A stretch of 64,000 nucleotides of DNA from Candidatus Cloacimonadales bacterium (GCA_963674825.1 OY771587.1:1728001-1792000), one strand, 5' to 3'; positions 28,440-38,789 are shown, counted from the first letter of the stretch. Numbers and translations: made by a program. Notes: a model not told the origin generated them from the sequence alone.

Positions 28440-29680
28440 GTGCGGTCCTGCTTGAAGATAAATTCCGAGAGCGAAGGAATGAAGTTCTGGTAGGAAAAGC
28501 TTTTCTGCGCCACTTCGCGGCCCTTGAGTCCGATGCAGGAGAGCTTATCGCGATGTTCGAAGCACCACTTAAGCTTCAGGTAAAGCTGCTCGATATCCCC
28601 GGGTGGCACGATCAGCGCGCTTTCGCCGTCCTTGAGATAGAGAGTGTTGTCGCTGATATCTGTGAGCAGCACCGGCACGCCGGAGGCCAGGTAGCTGCCG
28701 AGCTTGGTCGCGAAGCCGTATTCGGTCTGGACATTCGACGGCCTCGGAAGCAGCAGCAGGTGCTGGCTTCGGAGGATTTCGGGGATCTCGGACATTGGAA
28801 CCAGTCCGTGGAATACGATACGATCCTGAAGCTGACGTTTCTTCATGAAATCGGTGAGAATCGCCTGCGATTTGCGGTCGCCATAGCCGTAGAGGTTGAG
28901 TCGGAAGGGGTATTGCTTCAGCTTGTCGAGCGCCTTGAAGAGGTTCAGAAGCCCTTCTTTCCTGACGCTGATCGCGCCGGTAAATCCCAGTTCCAGCGGA
29001 CCGTCCTGTGGAACGGTTATCGGCGGTTCGTCCTGGATCTCGTCACTAAGGATGGGAACGCGTATCGACGGGCATTTGAGCCGGTCGGCGATGCGCTTGA
29101 TGCGGGTCGAGATGGCGATTGCGCCGTCGAACCGGTAGTTGCTGAAGTCGTTCAGGAGCGCTTCGAGGAAAATCGCCGGATACATGGCAAAGAAGAGGAC
29201 GCGCTTGGGCAGTCCTGCGGGAATCGGGCGGTTGAACGCGATACCGAGCTGGACTTCGTTCGCTTCCACGATCACGCGATAGCCCCATTTCTTGAACGCG
29301 GTACGATAGACCGTGTGGTTGATGACGTACGCCGAAGACCAGATAAGGATGGTTGTCTCGCCTTCGAGTTGGTCGAGGAAACCTTTGAAGCTGCTCATGA
29401 AGCGCTTTGCGGGACGGGGGTCGAAGGTGGCCAGGAGTGTTCGTTCCAGGAAGCCACGCTTGCGGCTCGCATCGTTGGCCGGTATGCCCACAACGTAGAT
29501 CGAGGGTTCGATCTCACGGGCCTTACTAAGCTCCAGGTCGAGCGGCATGTGGACCGATGTGAGGAATACGCGTGTATCGCCGTCCGCAATGACCGCTTTG
29601 GCGTATTTCAGCGCACGGTCGTACGGTGCGCCCGACGGCTTTTCGAAGTGTTCCTTGCCCAGAACAATCAGGTTTTTCAT
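28436..29680 (-). CDS. Glycosyltransferase family 4 (GT-B)
   Basis: 'FTGAI...KEG', 'GFATKL.SYLASGVPVL.TD'. ATG at 29680 follows GGAG; 4-nt overlap with the next GT. Confidence 0.88.
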   Translation of the reverse strand: MKNLIVLGKEHFEKPSGAPYDRALKYAKAVIADGDTRVFLTSVHMPLDLELSKAREIEPSIYVVGIPANDASRKRGFLERTLLATFDPRPAKRFMSSFKGFLDQLEGETTILIWSSAYVINHTVYRTAFKKWGYRVIVEANEVQLGIAFNRPIPAGLPKRVLFFAMYPAIFLEALLNDFSNYRFDGAIAISTRIKRIADRLKCPSIRVPILSDEIQDEPPITVPQDGPLELGFTGAISVRKEGLLNLFKALDKLKQYPFRLNLYGYGDRKSQAILTDFMKKRQLQDRIVFHGLVPMSEIPEILRSQHLLLLPRPSNVQTEYGFATKLGSYLASGVPVLLTDISDNTLYLKDGESALIVPPGDIEQLYLKLKWCFEHRDKLSCIGLKGREVAQKSFSYQNFIPSLSEFIFKQDRT

Positions 29681-29895
29681 CTGGTGTGACTCCACGGGAA
29701 ATTCATTATCACGAGTTTGTTTCAAACACGAGCGAATGACGAAACTGTCAAGGCTTTTCAGGGAACCGATTGCGGGGTGTTCGTTTATCTGATGCGCTTC
29801 ACTCCACGAAGCTGAACAAAATTCTTGTGGACAGAAATCCGGTTATCATGAAAAAGATATCCAGAATATGCCGTCATGAACGGTCGGAGGATTTA

Positions 29896-30150
29896 ATGGA
29901 CGATATGAAAGAACTCAAGCAGATTATCATCGACGATCTGAAACTGGAAGGAATGGAACCGGAAGATATCCAGGACGACGAAGCGCTCTTCGGAGAAGGC
30001 CTCGGGCTGGATTCGCTCGACGCGGTAGAACTTGTGGTGATCCTTCAGAAGCACTACGGAATCGAGCTGAAGGATATGGACAAGGCTCGCGAGGTGTTTT
30101 CGACCATGAATACACTTGCCGAATACGTCAGGGTAAACCGGACAAAATAA
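29896..30150 (+). CDS. Acyl carrier protein (aryl-polyene-cluster type)
   Basis: Phosphopantetheine motif 'LFGEGLGLDSLDAVEL'; RBS GGAGG before ATG 29896. Confidence 0.92.
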   Translation: MDDMKELKQIIIDDLKLEGMEPEDIQDDEALFGEGLGLDSLDAVELVVILQKHYGIELKDMDKAREVFSTMNTLAEYVRVNRTK

Positions 30151-31328
30151 TGAATCCCCTCGTTACAGGAATGGGCTGCATCTGTGCGGCCGGGAACGAC
30201 GTCGAATCAACCGTTACAAGCCTGTACAGCGGTGTCCGCAATCCGGTCCCACCCTCACGGCTGGAAGTCAATCTGGATAAGGTCTATCCGGTATTCGAAA
30301 TTGAAGACGACCTCGATGACTTCGCTCCCGACGCGAACCGAACCACCAAGCTTGCCTTGATCGCCGCGGAAGAAGCTCTAAGCCAGGCGGGTATTACTGC
30401 GGATGTGATCAAGAACAAGCGCATCGGCGTCTGTATGGGAACAACGGTTGGCTGCACGCTCAGCAACGAACCCTTTTATCGCGCATTCAAAGATGGCAGC
30501 AAGCCCGAGCTTGGCCCCATCCATCGCTATCTTGCCAATAACCCCGCCGAGTATCTCATGCGCTACTACGGCTTTCAGGGGCCTGTTGCAACCATCGCCA
30601 ATGCCTGTTCGTCCGGTACGGACGCGATCGGAATGGCAAAAGGCTGGATCCAGAGCGGACGTTGCGATATTGCCATCGCCGGCGGTGTCGATGCCCTTTC
30701 TCGAATCACGTACCTCGGTTTCATCTCCCTGCTGATCACCTCGACACAGGCTTGCAGGCCATTCGATGTTGATCGCACCGGATTGAATCTCGGCGAAGGC
30801 GCCGGTATAGTGGTTCTGGAACATTCCGACAGCGCTAAAGAGCGAGGCGTCGACTCCTACGCAGAATGCGCAGGATTTGGCTGCAACGCCGATTCCTATC
30901 ATCCCACCGCACCACACCCGGACGGAGTAGGACTGATCAACGCCATTCATCGCGCTCTTGAGGAAGCGAAGATCGGCTCGGATCAGATCGGCTTCATCAA
31001 CGCACACGGAACTTCCACTCCCGATAACGACAAGACCGAAGGCAAGGTCATCGCAAAGCTATACAAACCGGGGATCCCGGCTGTCTCGACAAAGGCCTAC
31101 ACCGGCCACACGCTGGGCGCAGCAGGCGGGTTGGAAGCGATCTTCACCATTCGCTCGCTGATCGACGGTAAGCTTCCAGCAACCGCGGGATTCGAGAATG
31201 TCGATCCCGAGTGCGTTATCGCGCCCACAACCGAGCTCACAACCATCGACGCAGAATATGCCATCTCGCACTCGCTGGCGTTTGGCGGTAACAACTCCGC
31301 ACTCATCTTCAAAAGGAGCCGATCATGA
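30150..31328 (+). CDS. Beta-ketoacyl-ACP synthase (FabF/KS-alpha-like)
   Basis: Catalytic Cys 'NACSSG', His 'NAHGTST', 'TK.YTGHTLGAAG', 'PFD..R.GLNLGEGAG', 'AFGGNN'. Confidence 0.95.
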   Translation: MNPLVTGMGCICAAGNDVESTVTSLYSGVRNPVPPSRLEVNLDKVYPVFEIEDDLDDFAPDANRTTKLALIAAEEALSQAGITADVIKNKRIGVCMGTTVGCTLSNEPFYRAFKDGSKPELGPIHRYLANNPAEYLMRYYGFQGPVATIANACSSGTDAIGMAKGWIQSGRCDIAIAGGVDALSRITYLGFISLLITSTQACRPFDVDRTGLNLGEGAGIVVLEHSDSAKERGVDSYAECAGFGCNADSYHPTAPHPDGVGLINAIHRALEEAKIGSDQIGFINAHGTSTPDNDKTEGKVIAKLYKPGIPAVSTKAYTGHTLGAAGGLEAIFTIRSLIDGKLPATAGFENVDPECVIAPTTELTTIDAEYAISHSLAFGGNNSALIFKRSRS

Positions 31329-32317
31329 GATTATCCATACTCGGCATAGGCCCCGTATGCGCGCTTGGCTCCGGCATGGCGTCATTCGAAGCCGGCATGA
31401 AGGGCGAACGCGAGCCGCGCATCGAAATGGAAACCGTCGAATCGGCGCAGGGTACCATCGAACTGCCGGTTTACAAGCCAGTGGTGGAACGCATGGCGGA
31501 GTTCATCAAGCCGCGCGCGCTTCGCAGGTTGGACGACTTCTCAAGAATCGCGCTACTCTCCGCCTATCTGGCGGTCGAAGACGCTGGTATCGACTTCCCT
31601 GACCGCTCACGCGTCGGCATTATCTTCGGTTCAGGGCATGGCCCGGTGCGAACCACGTTCCGATTCCTCGACAGCTATATTGAGGATGGCGATAAGGTTG
31701 CCTCCCCCATGCACTTCGTTAATTCGGTGCACAACGCCGTCTCCTCGCAGACATCCATCTTCATGGGCATCCAGGGTCCCTGCCAGACAATTTCCTGCTT
31801 TGGGCACACTGCTTCAGCCGTGCTTTCCGCTGCTTCAGACTGGCTCGAAACCGGACTCGTCGATTACGTTCTGGCTGGCCTGGGCGACGAATATTGCGAC
31901 CTGATGGGCTACTCACTCGGTTCCATGAAAGCGCATCCCGCAAAGGCGATGCACCCCGAAATCTTCGACAAATGCAGCTTCCTGCCAGGAGAAGGCCACG
32001 TCACTTTCCTGCTGGGAAGATACGATACCCCCGGACGCATCAAGATCTCCGAAGCACATCTTCGAGCCAATCCCGAGGACGTCCCGCTTCAGCCCAACGT
32101 TATCCTAGCCGCCAACGGCGACCCGGAAGTGGGCAAAGTCTATGCTAAGCTGGCCGAACGGGCTCAATCGCATCGGATCAATACCCGCTTATGGGGCGGA
32201 TCTCCCACCTCGATCGCTTATGATCTGGCGGCAGCTTCTCTGAACATCGAGCGTCCGATTTCGTGCTGCGAAGCATGCGGAAACGGTGAAGTAAATGTCT
32301 TTACGATCACGGATTAG
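31325..32317 (+). CDS. Ketosynthase-like chain-length factor (KS-beta), apparently non-catalytic
   Basis: 'LRRLD.FSR.AL', 'SPMHFVNSVHNA', 'GEG'. The ACSSG and HGT motifs are absent. Confidence 0.8.
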   Translation: MRLSILGIGPVCALGSGMASFEAGMKGEREPRIEMETVESAQGTIELPVYKPVVERMAEFIKPRALRRLDDFSRIALLSAYLAVEDAGIDFPDRSRVGIIFGSGHGPVRTTFRFLDSYIEDGDKVASPMHFVNSVHNAVSSQTSIFMGIQGPCQTISCFGHTASAVLSAASDWLETGLVDYVLAGLGDEYCDLMGYSLGSMKAHPAKAMHPEIFDKCSFLPGEGHVTFLLGRYDTPGRIKISEAHLRANPEDVPLQPNVILAANGDPEVGKVYAKLAERAQSHRINTRLWGGSPTSIAYDLAAASLNIERPISCCEACGNGEVNVFTITD

Positions 32318-32918
32318 CCTGTTCTTTTTAGTGCTTGCCATCTCCACGATGGCGGCCGTTACACCGCAGGAGCTTTTCACCCAATTCCAGCAGAACACTG
32401 CCCAACGTGCGGCGTTTATGGCCGATTTCGTGCAAATTCGGCATGTCTCGCTATTTATGGACGAGCTGAAGGCTGAGGGAACCTGTTGGTTCGAAAAGCC
32501 ATCGAAGCTGCGCTGGGAAGTGACCAGTCCCTATCACAGTGTGCTGATCTACAGCGAAGGCGACATGGTAAGGCTGGAAGAGCGTGACGGCGAATGGCGC
32601 GAGCTCGATTCGGGTGCGAAGGACATGATGAGTGCGGTCATGGAGCAGATTTCCGGCTGGATGCAGGGTGAATTCAATGAAGCCTCCACGATGTACGAAA
32701 TCTCATACGCAGAGCCGGTCTTGAAGCTGCAACCGCGCAACGAAGAGCTGCGCAACCTGATCCAGGCGATCGAGCTGACCATCGATACCGCGAAGTGGCG
32801 CATCACGAATGTCGTAATCCACGAGAATGAAAGCGACTATGTAAGGATAAATTTCATGGATCAGGTCGATAATCCCAGCCTCGATCCATCCCTTTTCGAT
32901 CTCGAAGCTCATGAATAA
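32295..32918 (+). CDS. LolA-fold periplasmic carrier protein associated with the PKS cluster
   Basis: Signal peptide; 'ADFVQ.R......L..EG..WF.KP.KLRWE..SPY'. Confidence 0.85.
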   Translation: MSLRSRISLFFLVLAISTMAAVTPQELFTQFQQNTAQRAAFMADFVQIRHVSLFMDELKAEGTCWFEKPSKLRWEVTSPYHSVLIYSEGDMVRLEERDGEWRELDSGAKDMMSAVMEQISGWMQGEFNEASTMYEISYAEPVLKLQPRNEELRNLIQAIELTIDTAKWRITNVVIHENESDYVRINFMDQVDNPSLDPSLFDLEAHE

Positions 32919-33585
32919 GATACTTGCGCTCCTCGCTATCTCCATGCTTCTTTTTTCCTGTACGCAGAGCAAGTTTGTCGCTCCCAAAAGCTACGAGAAT
33001 TCCGACCTGAAGCGAAAATACGTCCAGCAGGTGCAGGGACGTTTTCCTGAGGCATTCACATCCCGTCAACGCATCATCCTGCAGGTGATGGGCAAGGAGT
33101 ACGATTTCATCGGATTTCTGGCGGTTCGTGGCGATTCGATCCGCGCGCTTGCGATGAATGAATTCGGCGGCAAAATCTTCGACATCCTCAGCACGGGCAA
33201 GCAATCGAAGCTACTGACGAATGCGGCGAAACTGCCTGCAAAGCCCATCCTCGACGGCGTAGTGGGCGATCTCCGATTGTGTTTTCATCCGCTTCCCAAG
33301 AGCAGCTTCAAGCTCGGATTGAAGGTGCTGAAACCGGTTCTTACTGGCATCGACGACATCGGTGCCATGCGGCTGTTCGAGTTTCCGGCTGAAGACCGCG
33401 ACACCACGCACATCCAGGAGATCCTAAAAGAACGAAAGCTACGTGAGGTTGATATCCGATTTGAGAACGGTAACCCGAAGACCATCGAGATTGTCAATCA
33501 CAAGTGGCATTACAGCATGCATATAACCATTCTCGATGTTAAGCCGGAAGCTCCGGATGCGAAGCTGTTCGAGATCACACCATGA
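32911..33585 (+). CDS. Lipoprotein (DUF3261/LolB-like partner of aryl-polyene clusters)
   Basis: Lipobox 'LLFS-C'; position between LolA and MMPL; 'RALAMNEFG.KIF'. Confidence 0.6.
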   Translation: MNKILALLAISMLLFSCTQSKFVAPKSYENSDLKRKYVQQVQGRFPEAFTSRQRIILQVMGKEYDFIGFLAVRGDSIRALAMNEFGGKIFDILSTGKQSKLLTNAAKLPAKPILDGVVGDLRLCFHPLPKSSFKLGLKVLKPVLTGIDDIGAMRLFEFPAEDRDTTHIQEILKERKLREVDIRFENGNPKTIEIVNHKWHYSMHITILDVKPEAPDAKLFEITP

Positions 33586-35930
33586 AGCGTAGCGTACTCT
33601 TTCCGATCCTGATTGTGCTGGTAGCACTGCTAGCGTGGTCGGCGTCCGGAATCCGGTTCGACGAAGATGTCATGAACCTGCTTCCCGACCGCGATCGCGA
33701 GATCGGCAGGCTTCGCAGCCTCTTGCAGCAATTCGGTTTCTCGAATCGTGCGCTCTTTCTCGTAGAATCGGACAGTCCAAATTTTGCGGCAGCCGACAGT
33801 CTCGCCAACCACCTGAAGGAAACGAATCTTTTCACCGATATCCAGGCTCAGTGGAGCTTATTACAGTTGCAGGATGCAATCAAATTCATGCAGGCTCATC
33901 GCGTCGCCATGATGAACGAGAAGGATATGCGGCAGGTGCGTGAGCGATTCGAACGACAGTCCATCGAGCACCGTCTTCTGGCTTGGAAGAAGCAGCTTAC
34001 CCTCTCGTTCGATCCCTTCATGGCACGAACCATGGCGAGCGATCCCTTGGGACTCGATTCTCTCCTGACCGCGAAGCTGCAATCCATGCAATCTTCCGGT
34101 ATCGTTGTGAAAAACGGCTGGCTGATCACACCGCAAGGCAACGGCATCCTCATCACCGCGCAGCCGAAGAGCAGCGGAACCGACCGTACTGCGTCGATCC
34201 AAATGGTGGAGACGATGAATCGCGTGTTGCAGAAGATGCAGCGGCAGTTCCCGGATGTACGTGTACACTGGATTACGGGGCATCGGTTCACCTATGAGAA
34301 CTCCAGCCGCATCCAGCATGATGTCTCGCTGACCGTCACCATATCGCTGATCATGATTGTATTGCTTTCCGTTCTGGCCTATCGCAGGCCCTATTTCATC
34401 CTTCTGACGCTGGTTCCGGCGTTGTTCGGATCGCTTGCGGCGCTGGGCGTCACCAGGCTATTCATCCCCAAAATATCGGCTGTAATCGCGGGTACCGGCG
34501 CTATGCTGATCGGTATTGCGGTCGATTACGGTATCCATATTCTGTATCACATCGATGGCGAAGCGAGTATCGAACGAAGGCGCATCGACGAGCTTGTCCG
34601 GCACTTGAGAAAACCGTTATTCCTTGGCGCGGGAACGACCCTTGCAGCCTTCCTGGCGCTGCAATTCAGCATCCTGCCGGTATATCGACATCTCGGTGTC
34701 TTTGTGGGAATCGGCATCGTCGCGTCGGCGCTGTTCTCGGTCTATGCGCTTCCTCTGCTGGTCAGAACAGGCAGCAAAGTTGCCCGTAAGCCACTTATCG
34801 ACCTCGAGTCCGCTTTCGGCGCGTTCTTCCGGCTATCCAATCGCTTAGGCAGAAGATTGTTGATCCCGGCTGTCTTGATCTCGCTCTTGGTGTTGCCCGG
34901 ATTTCTTCATGTCCGCTTCGAGGGTGATCTGCAATCGTTGAACGCCACCTCGAAGGAACTTGCGCATGACTGGCAATTGATCCAGGATCGCTTCTCCGGC
35001 GTGATGCCCTCGACCCTGGCAGCGTTTTCACGTGAAACATCGCAGCAAGCCCTGGAGGTGAACCAGGTCATGATGGCTTATCTCGATTCGTTGCAAGCAT
35101 CTGGAGACATCCAGTCCTACCGATCAATTGCACCGCTGATGCCTTCAGCGGAAACGCAGAATCGTAATATCCTGCGCTGGCACATGTTCTTTAACGACCG
35201 CGAATTGATGCGTATCCGCGCTGATCTCGAATCGGTGTGCCGGGAGCAACGCATCCGCTACGAGACCTTCGAGCCGTTCCTTGCCTCGCTGGAGAGATCG
35301 AGCCCGTCGTATGGCTTCGAGGATATCGATTCCGCGCTGCTCAAGCAGATGATATCGGGGTATCTGGTGGATGATACGGTGATTACGGGTATCGATGCGG
35401 GTGATGATCCGGGCAGGGTCGAGACGATTCTGCGTGCACGATTCGATGACGTGATGGTCTATAACGGCGAAGTTTTCATCGGCAAGGTGACACGGACAAT
35501 CTATCACGAGCTGGCCAAGATCAGCCTTGCAGCGCTTGTCTGCGTGACGATCGTGATCATGGTTTTTGGCCGCAGGAAAGGCCGTTCGCTGCTGCTGCTC
35601 GTTCCGCTCGTGTTGACGCTCTACTGGACGTTCGGTATTCTCGGTGCGCTGGGGATCGCGGTCAACCTTATCAACTGCATCGTCTCGATATTTATCTTCG
35701 GGCTGGTAATCGATTACTGCATTTTCCTGGCGGAATCAAGCGAGAGCCGCACACGCTCAAGCGGTGCGATTCTGGTATCGGCTCTCACAACCATGTCCGC
35801 ACTGGGTTCTCTCGTGCTGGCCAGTCACCCGGCATTACACTCGCTTGGACTCACCGCGTTGATCGGTATCCTGAGCGGACTTATCGCTGTGTTCCTTCTG
35901 GTGCCGGTGCTTTTCCGTCAATCCGCTTAG
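33582..35930 (+). CDS. MMPL/RND-family lipid exporter
   Basis: Two halves with 'IGIAVDYGIH' and 'FGLVIDYCIF'; 'DPLG'; 'SALTT...LG.L..ASHPAL.SLG'; about 12 TM segments. Confidence 0.9.
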   Translation: MKRSVLFPILIVLVALLAWSASGIRFDEDVMNLLPDRDREIGRLRSLLQQFGFSNRALFLVESDSPNFAAADSLANHLKETNLFTDIQAQWSLLQLQDAIKFMQAHRVAMMNEKDMRQVRERFERQSIEHRLLAWKKQLTLSFDPFMARTMASDPLGLDSLLTAKLQSMQSSGIVVKNGWLITPQGNGILITAQPKSSGTDRTASIQMVETMNRVLQKMQRQFPDVRVHWITGHRFTYENSSRIQHDVSLTVTISLIMIVLLSVLAYRRPYFILLTLVPALFGSLAALGVTRLFIPKISAVIAGTGAMLIGIAVDYGIHILYHIDGEASIERRRIDELVRHLRKPLFLGAGTTLAAFLALQFSILPVYRHLGVFVGIGIVASALFSVYALPLLVRTGSKVARKPLIDLESAFGAFFRLSNRLGRRLLIPAVLISLLVLPGFLHVRFEGDLQSLNATSKELAHDWQLIQDRFSGVMPSTLAAFSRETSQQALEVNQVMMAYLDSLQASGDIQSYRSIAPLMPSAETQNRNILRWHMFFNDRELMRIRADLESVCREQRIRYETFEPFLASLERSSPSYGFEDIDSALLKQMISGYLVDDTVITGIDAGDDPGRVETILRARFDDVMVYNGEVFIGKVTRTIYHELAKISLAALVCVTIVIMVFGRRKGRSLLLLVPLVLTLYWTFGILGALGIAVNLINCIVSIFIFGLVIDYCIFLAESSESRTRSSGAILVSALTTMSALGSLVLASHPALHSLGLTALIGILSGLIAVFLLVPVLFRQSA
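35024..35039. promoter_or_regulatory. parS-like site GTTTTCACGTGAAACA
   Basis: 14/16 match with an intact core. Confidence 0.6.
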
Positions 35931-37168
35931 AACTGCGTTACGGCCATTGGTGGTTTCGTCTCCACGAACAGCCTTCTGAGAATCTCGTCCGACTTTCCGC
36001 TTTGCTTGCCGCATAGGCCATATTCCAGGCACTGATCCAACGTAATCGATCCGATCATAAGCGATGAAAAGCTCTGTACGCTCATCTCGATTGTTGCATC
36101 GACACCGCGTTCTTTCGAGATCGCGGGAACACCTTTCTCCCAACGGATCGTGAAGCGGGTTTTGGCCTTGGGCAGGAAGTCGTCCTCGATGCGGAATCGA
36201 ACAGCGCAATCGACTTCGTTCCAGGGACGTTCCAAAATGGCCTTAGGTGCGTCGAGTACACGGTACATGAAGCCCATACCGGTCTGGTAGGTCTCATGGT
36301 AAACAGGCATCACCAGTTCGCGGCTGGTGTGCCGCGGATCGGCCATGAGGTGCAGCATGCTGTCGTCGAACAGAGGTAACTGAAACTCGTTGACCTGATC
36401 GAGCTGCGACTGCATGAGGCCCAGCATTCCCTTGAGCGCTTCGGTGTTCTCATAGAGCAGCTCGAAGGCTCTGGCGTTATTGGTTAGCGGGTTCTTTCCA
36501 ACCTTCTCGAAGTTGAAGATGCAATAACCGGTAAGTTTGCGTCCCTTGCGGTAGCCGATCCAGCGGATAACAGGATTTTTCAGGTCTTTCTCAAAGTCTG
36601 CTTTCTGTTTCCTGATCATGCCGTGACGCTGCTCCAGGATTCGTTCATAGCAGCCTTGAACAGCCTGAAGATTGTCGATCGAGAGGAATTCTACGTTTTT
36701 ACGCAGATCAGACGCGGGAAGCTGCTCGGGCTTGAGCTTGAAGAAGCGCAAAATGATTCCGTGACCGTAGCCCATCTTATAGTAGAAATCGGGACGGAAG
36801 GGGTAGAGGATCGAGAAGGATACGCCCTTTTTCTGACCGTGTTCGTGAAACCAGCTCAGCAGATCGCGTGCGACTTTCTGTTTCTTGTGCAGCAAATCGA
36901 CCGCGACCAGGCCTATTCCCACGGTGGGGATGATCTTGCCGTGGTAGTTCATCTCGAAATCGAAGATGCGCATACCGCCCAGTAGTTCATTATCTTCGAA
37001 GAGAGCATAGATCTGTTTGTGTGGGTATTCATGCTGCTCTTTGATCAGCATCTCGCGGAAACGTCTGCGCTTTTCCGGTTCGTCGATTGTCCAGCCTGGA
37101 TAGGCGTTGCGGCTGATTCCCTCGAATTGCTCTATCTCGCTATCGACCAGTTTGCGTATCTCTCTCAT
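35927..37168 (-). CDS. Eis-like GNAT acetyltransferase with C-terminal SCP2-like domain
   Basis: 'GIGLVAVD..H.....AR.L', 'SILYPF..DFYYKMGY', 'MYRVLD', C-terminal 'F.I.DDF.P' SCP2-like region. Confidence 0.88.
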   Translation of the reverse strand: MREIRKLVDSEIEQFEGISRNAYPGWTIDEPEKRRRFREMLIKEQHEYPHKQIYALFEDNELLGGMRIFDFEMNYHGKIIPTVGIGLVAVDLLHKKQKVARDLLSWFHEHGQKKGVSFSILYPFRPDFYYKMGYGHGIILRFFKLKPEQLPASDLRKNVEFLSIDNLQAVQGCYERILEQRHGMIRKQKADFEKDLKNPVIRWIGYRKGRKLTGYCIFNFEKVGKNPLTNNARAFELLYENTEALKGMLGLMQSQLDQVNEFQLPLFDDSMLHLMADPRHTSRELVMPVYHETYQTGMGFMYRVLDAPKAILERPWNEVDCAVRFRIEDDFLPKAKTRFTIRWEKGVPAISKERGVDATIEMSVQSFSSLMIGSITLDQCLEYGLCGKQSGKSDEILRRLFVETKPPMAVTQF

Positions 37169-37263
37169 GTTGCTACCGTCCTTTTGTTGATGCCCTGTTC
37201 CGTGTTGAGAGAAATCTACGCTTCCGGTCGATGGCTGTAAAGAACTTTTTCGGATAGCTGCAA

Positions 37264-38789
37264 CTACTTCATCATGATCATCTTTCTCACGAAAGAATGA
37301 CCGGCGCTTGTCATACGATAGAAATAGACGCCGCTGGAAGCCTCTTTTCCTGATAAATCTTTTCCATCCCAGATGACTTCATGTACGCCGGCAGGCTGCA
37401 TTGATTCGACAAGCTTGCGAACCATCCGTCCTCTCAGGTCGTAAATTGTGATTTCGACCGGCCCATCCTGGTTGAGCGAATAGATAATCGTCGTGGTCGG
37501 ATTGAACGGATTCGGATAGTTGGAAAGGAGATTCGTAGCGCTTGGCGGAATATCATCGTCGTTGGTCGGAGTCGATTCGACGGTGATCAGGAACGTATCG
37601 CTGCATGAATCGACGCCGTCACTGGCAATTACGGTTACCTCCGTCTGGCCGGACCAGTCTTGCTGGCAATTGATCCAGAGCGCGTCGCCGTCAAGTTGCA
37701 GATTGATGTCTTGGGTGTTGTAGTCGATCGAATAGGAGAGCTGATCCGCGTCGTCATCGGCGAAATATGCGGTCAGATCCAGATCGACAGCCGGGCAATT
37801 GATCTCCAGTGTGAGATCTTCGAAGGGCTGGTAAATGTAGGGCTCGCCATCACGGTCGATGATCGAAATACCTGTTGTCGCATGGCGTTCCGGAGCGTTC
37901 CAGTCTTCGTAGGCATAGGTCGATTCCACAAGCAAGCCTTCTCCGATGACAATGGAAAAGTCAGTTTCTGGAGCTTCTACATCATATTTTTCCAACTATC
38001 ATCTCCCCAACGAACTACCGACGTCACACCTTCGCCGATATCTGTGGCAAGCTCGCTGGCAAGCGTCAGGTCGCTACGATTCATGGGGACAGTCAATGGC
38101 GTATACGTATTCGCTGCAATATTATAGCTGAATGGTTCAAATATAACGCCATGCGTAATCCAGGTCACATCATATTCTTCTTCGTTCACTACCATTAGAG
38201 AAGCACCAACTTGCAGCTCAAAATCCGTTGAGGGAAATCCTTTAATATAATGTTGCCACCCATATTCCCATGTGGAGATGCATATATTGCCTTCATCAAT
38301 ATCTTCCGCGAGATCGGAAGCGTAAACAAAATCGTTTTCGAACGGAAGCGAGATAAGGCTCATATTGTTCGCCTCAATTACAAACCGATACGAGCCGCAA
38401 ATTTGGCTGGGATCACTGTCCTCACCATTCTGGTATGCGACCACGGTGAAGAATTTCATCTGGTACTCGTCGATAGCGGGATAGACAAACTCATTGTTGG
38501 CGATCATCGCTTTCAGGACATACGGCCCATACGGGAAGATAGATGTATAGAGCTTGTAGTGCGTTGCACCGGATACTTCATCCCATGAAAGGAGCGCACT
38601 ATTGTCCTGAACATCGATCGAAATCCCGGCAGGAGGATTGATCAAAGGCTCGCTAGTGCCACGATCTTTCACGACAGGAAAGCCGCTATCGTTGATTCTT
38701 TCGATATAGAAAGAATTGGAATTCTCGAGCGCGACTATGCAGTTGGTCACTGCCAGTATAAAAAGAAATACCAGTACAGCGAGTCTCAT
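37264..38789 (-). pseudogene. Secreted CTD-bearing protein split by a single-base frameshift at an A5 tract
   Basis: The 5' ORF (signal peptide, FN3-like module) and 3' ORF (Ig-like module, CTD) join as '...DSW-KKYDVEAPETDF...' if one A is added at 37987-37991. An internal repeat spans the junction. Confidence 0.8.

Noticed and set aside
28421..29689. 422-aa plus-strand ORF
   Set aside because: Antisense shadow of a well-supported GT4 gene in GC-rich DNA; no motifs or RBS.
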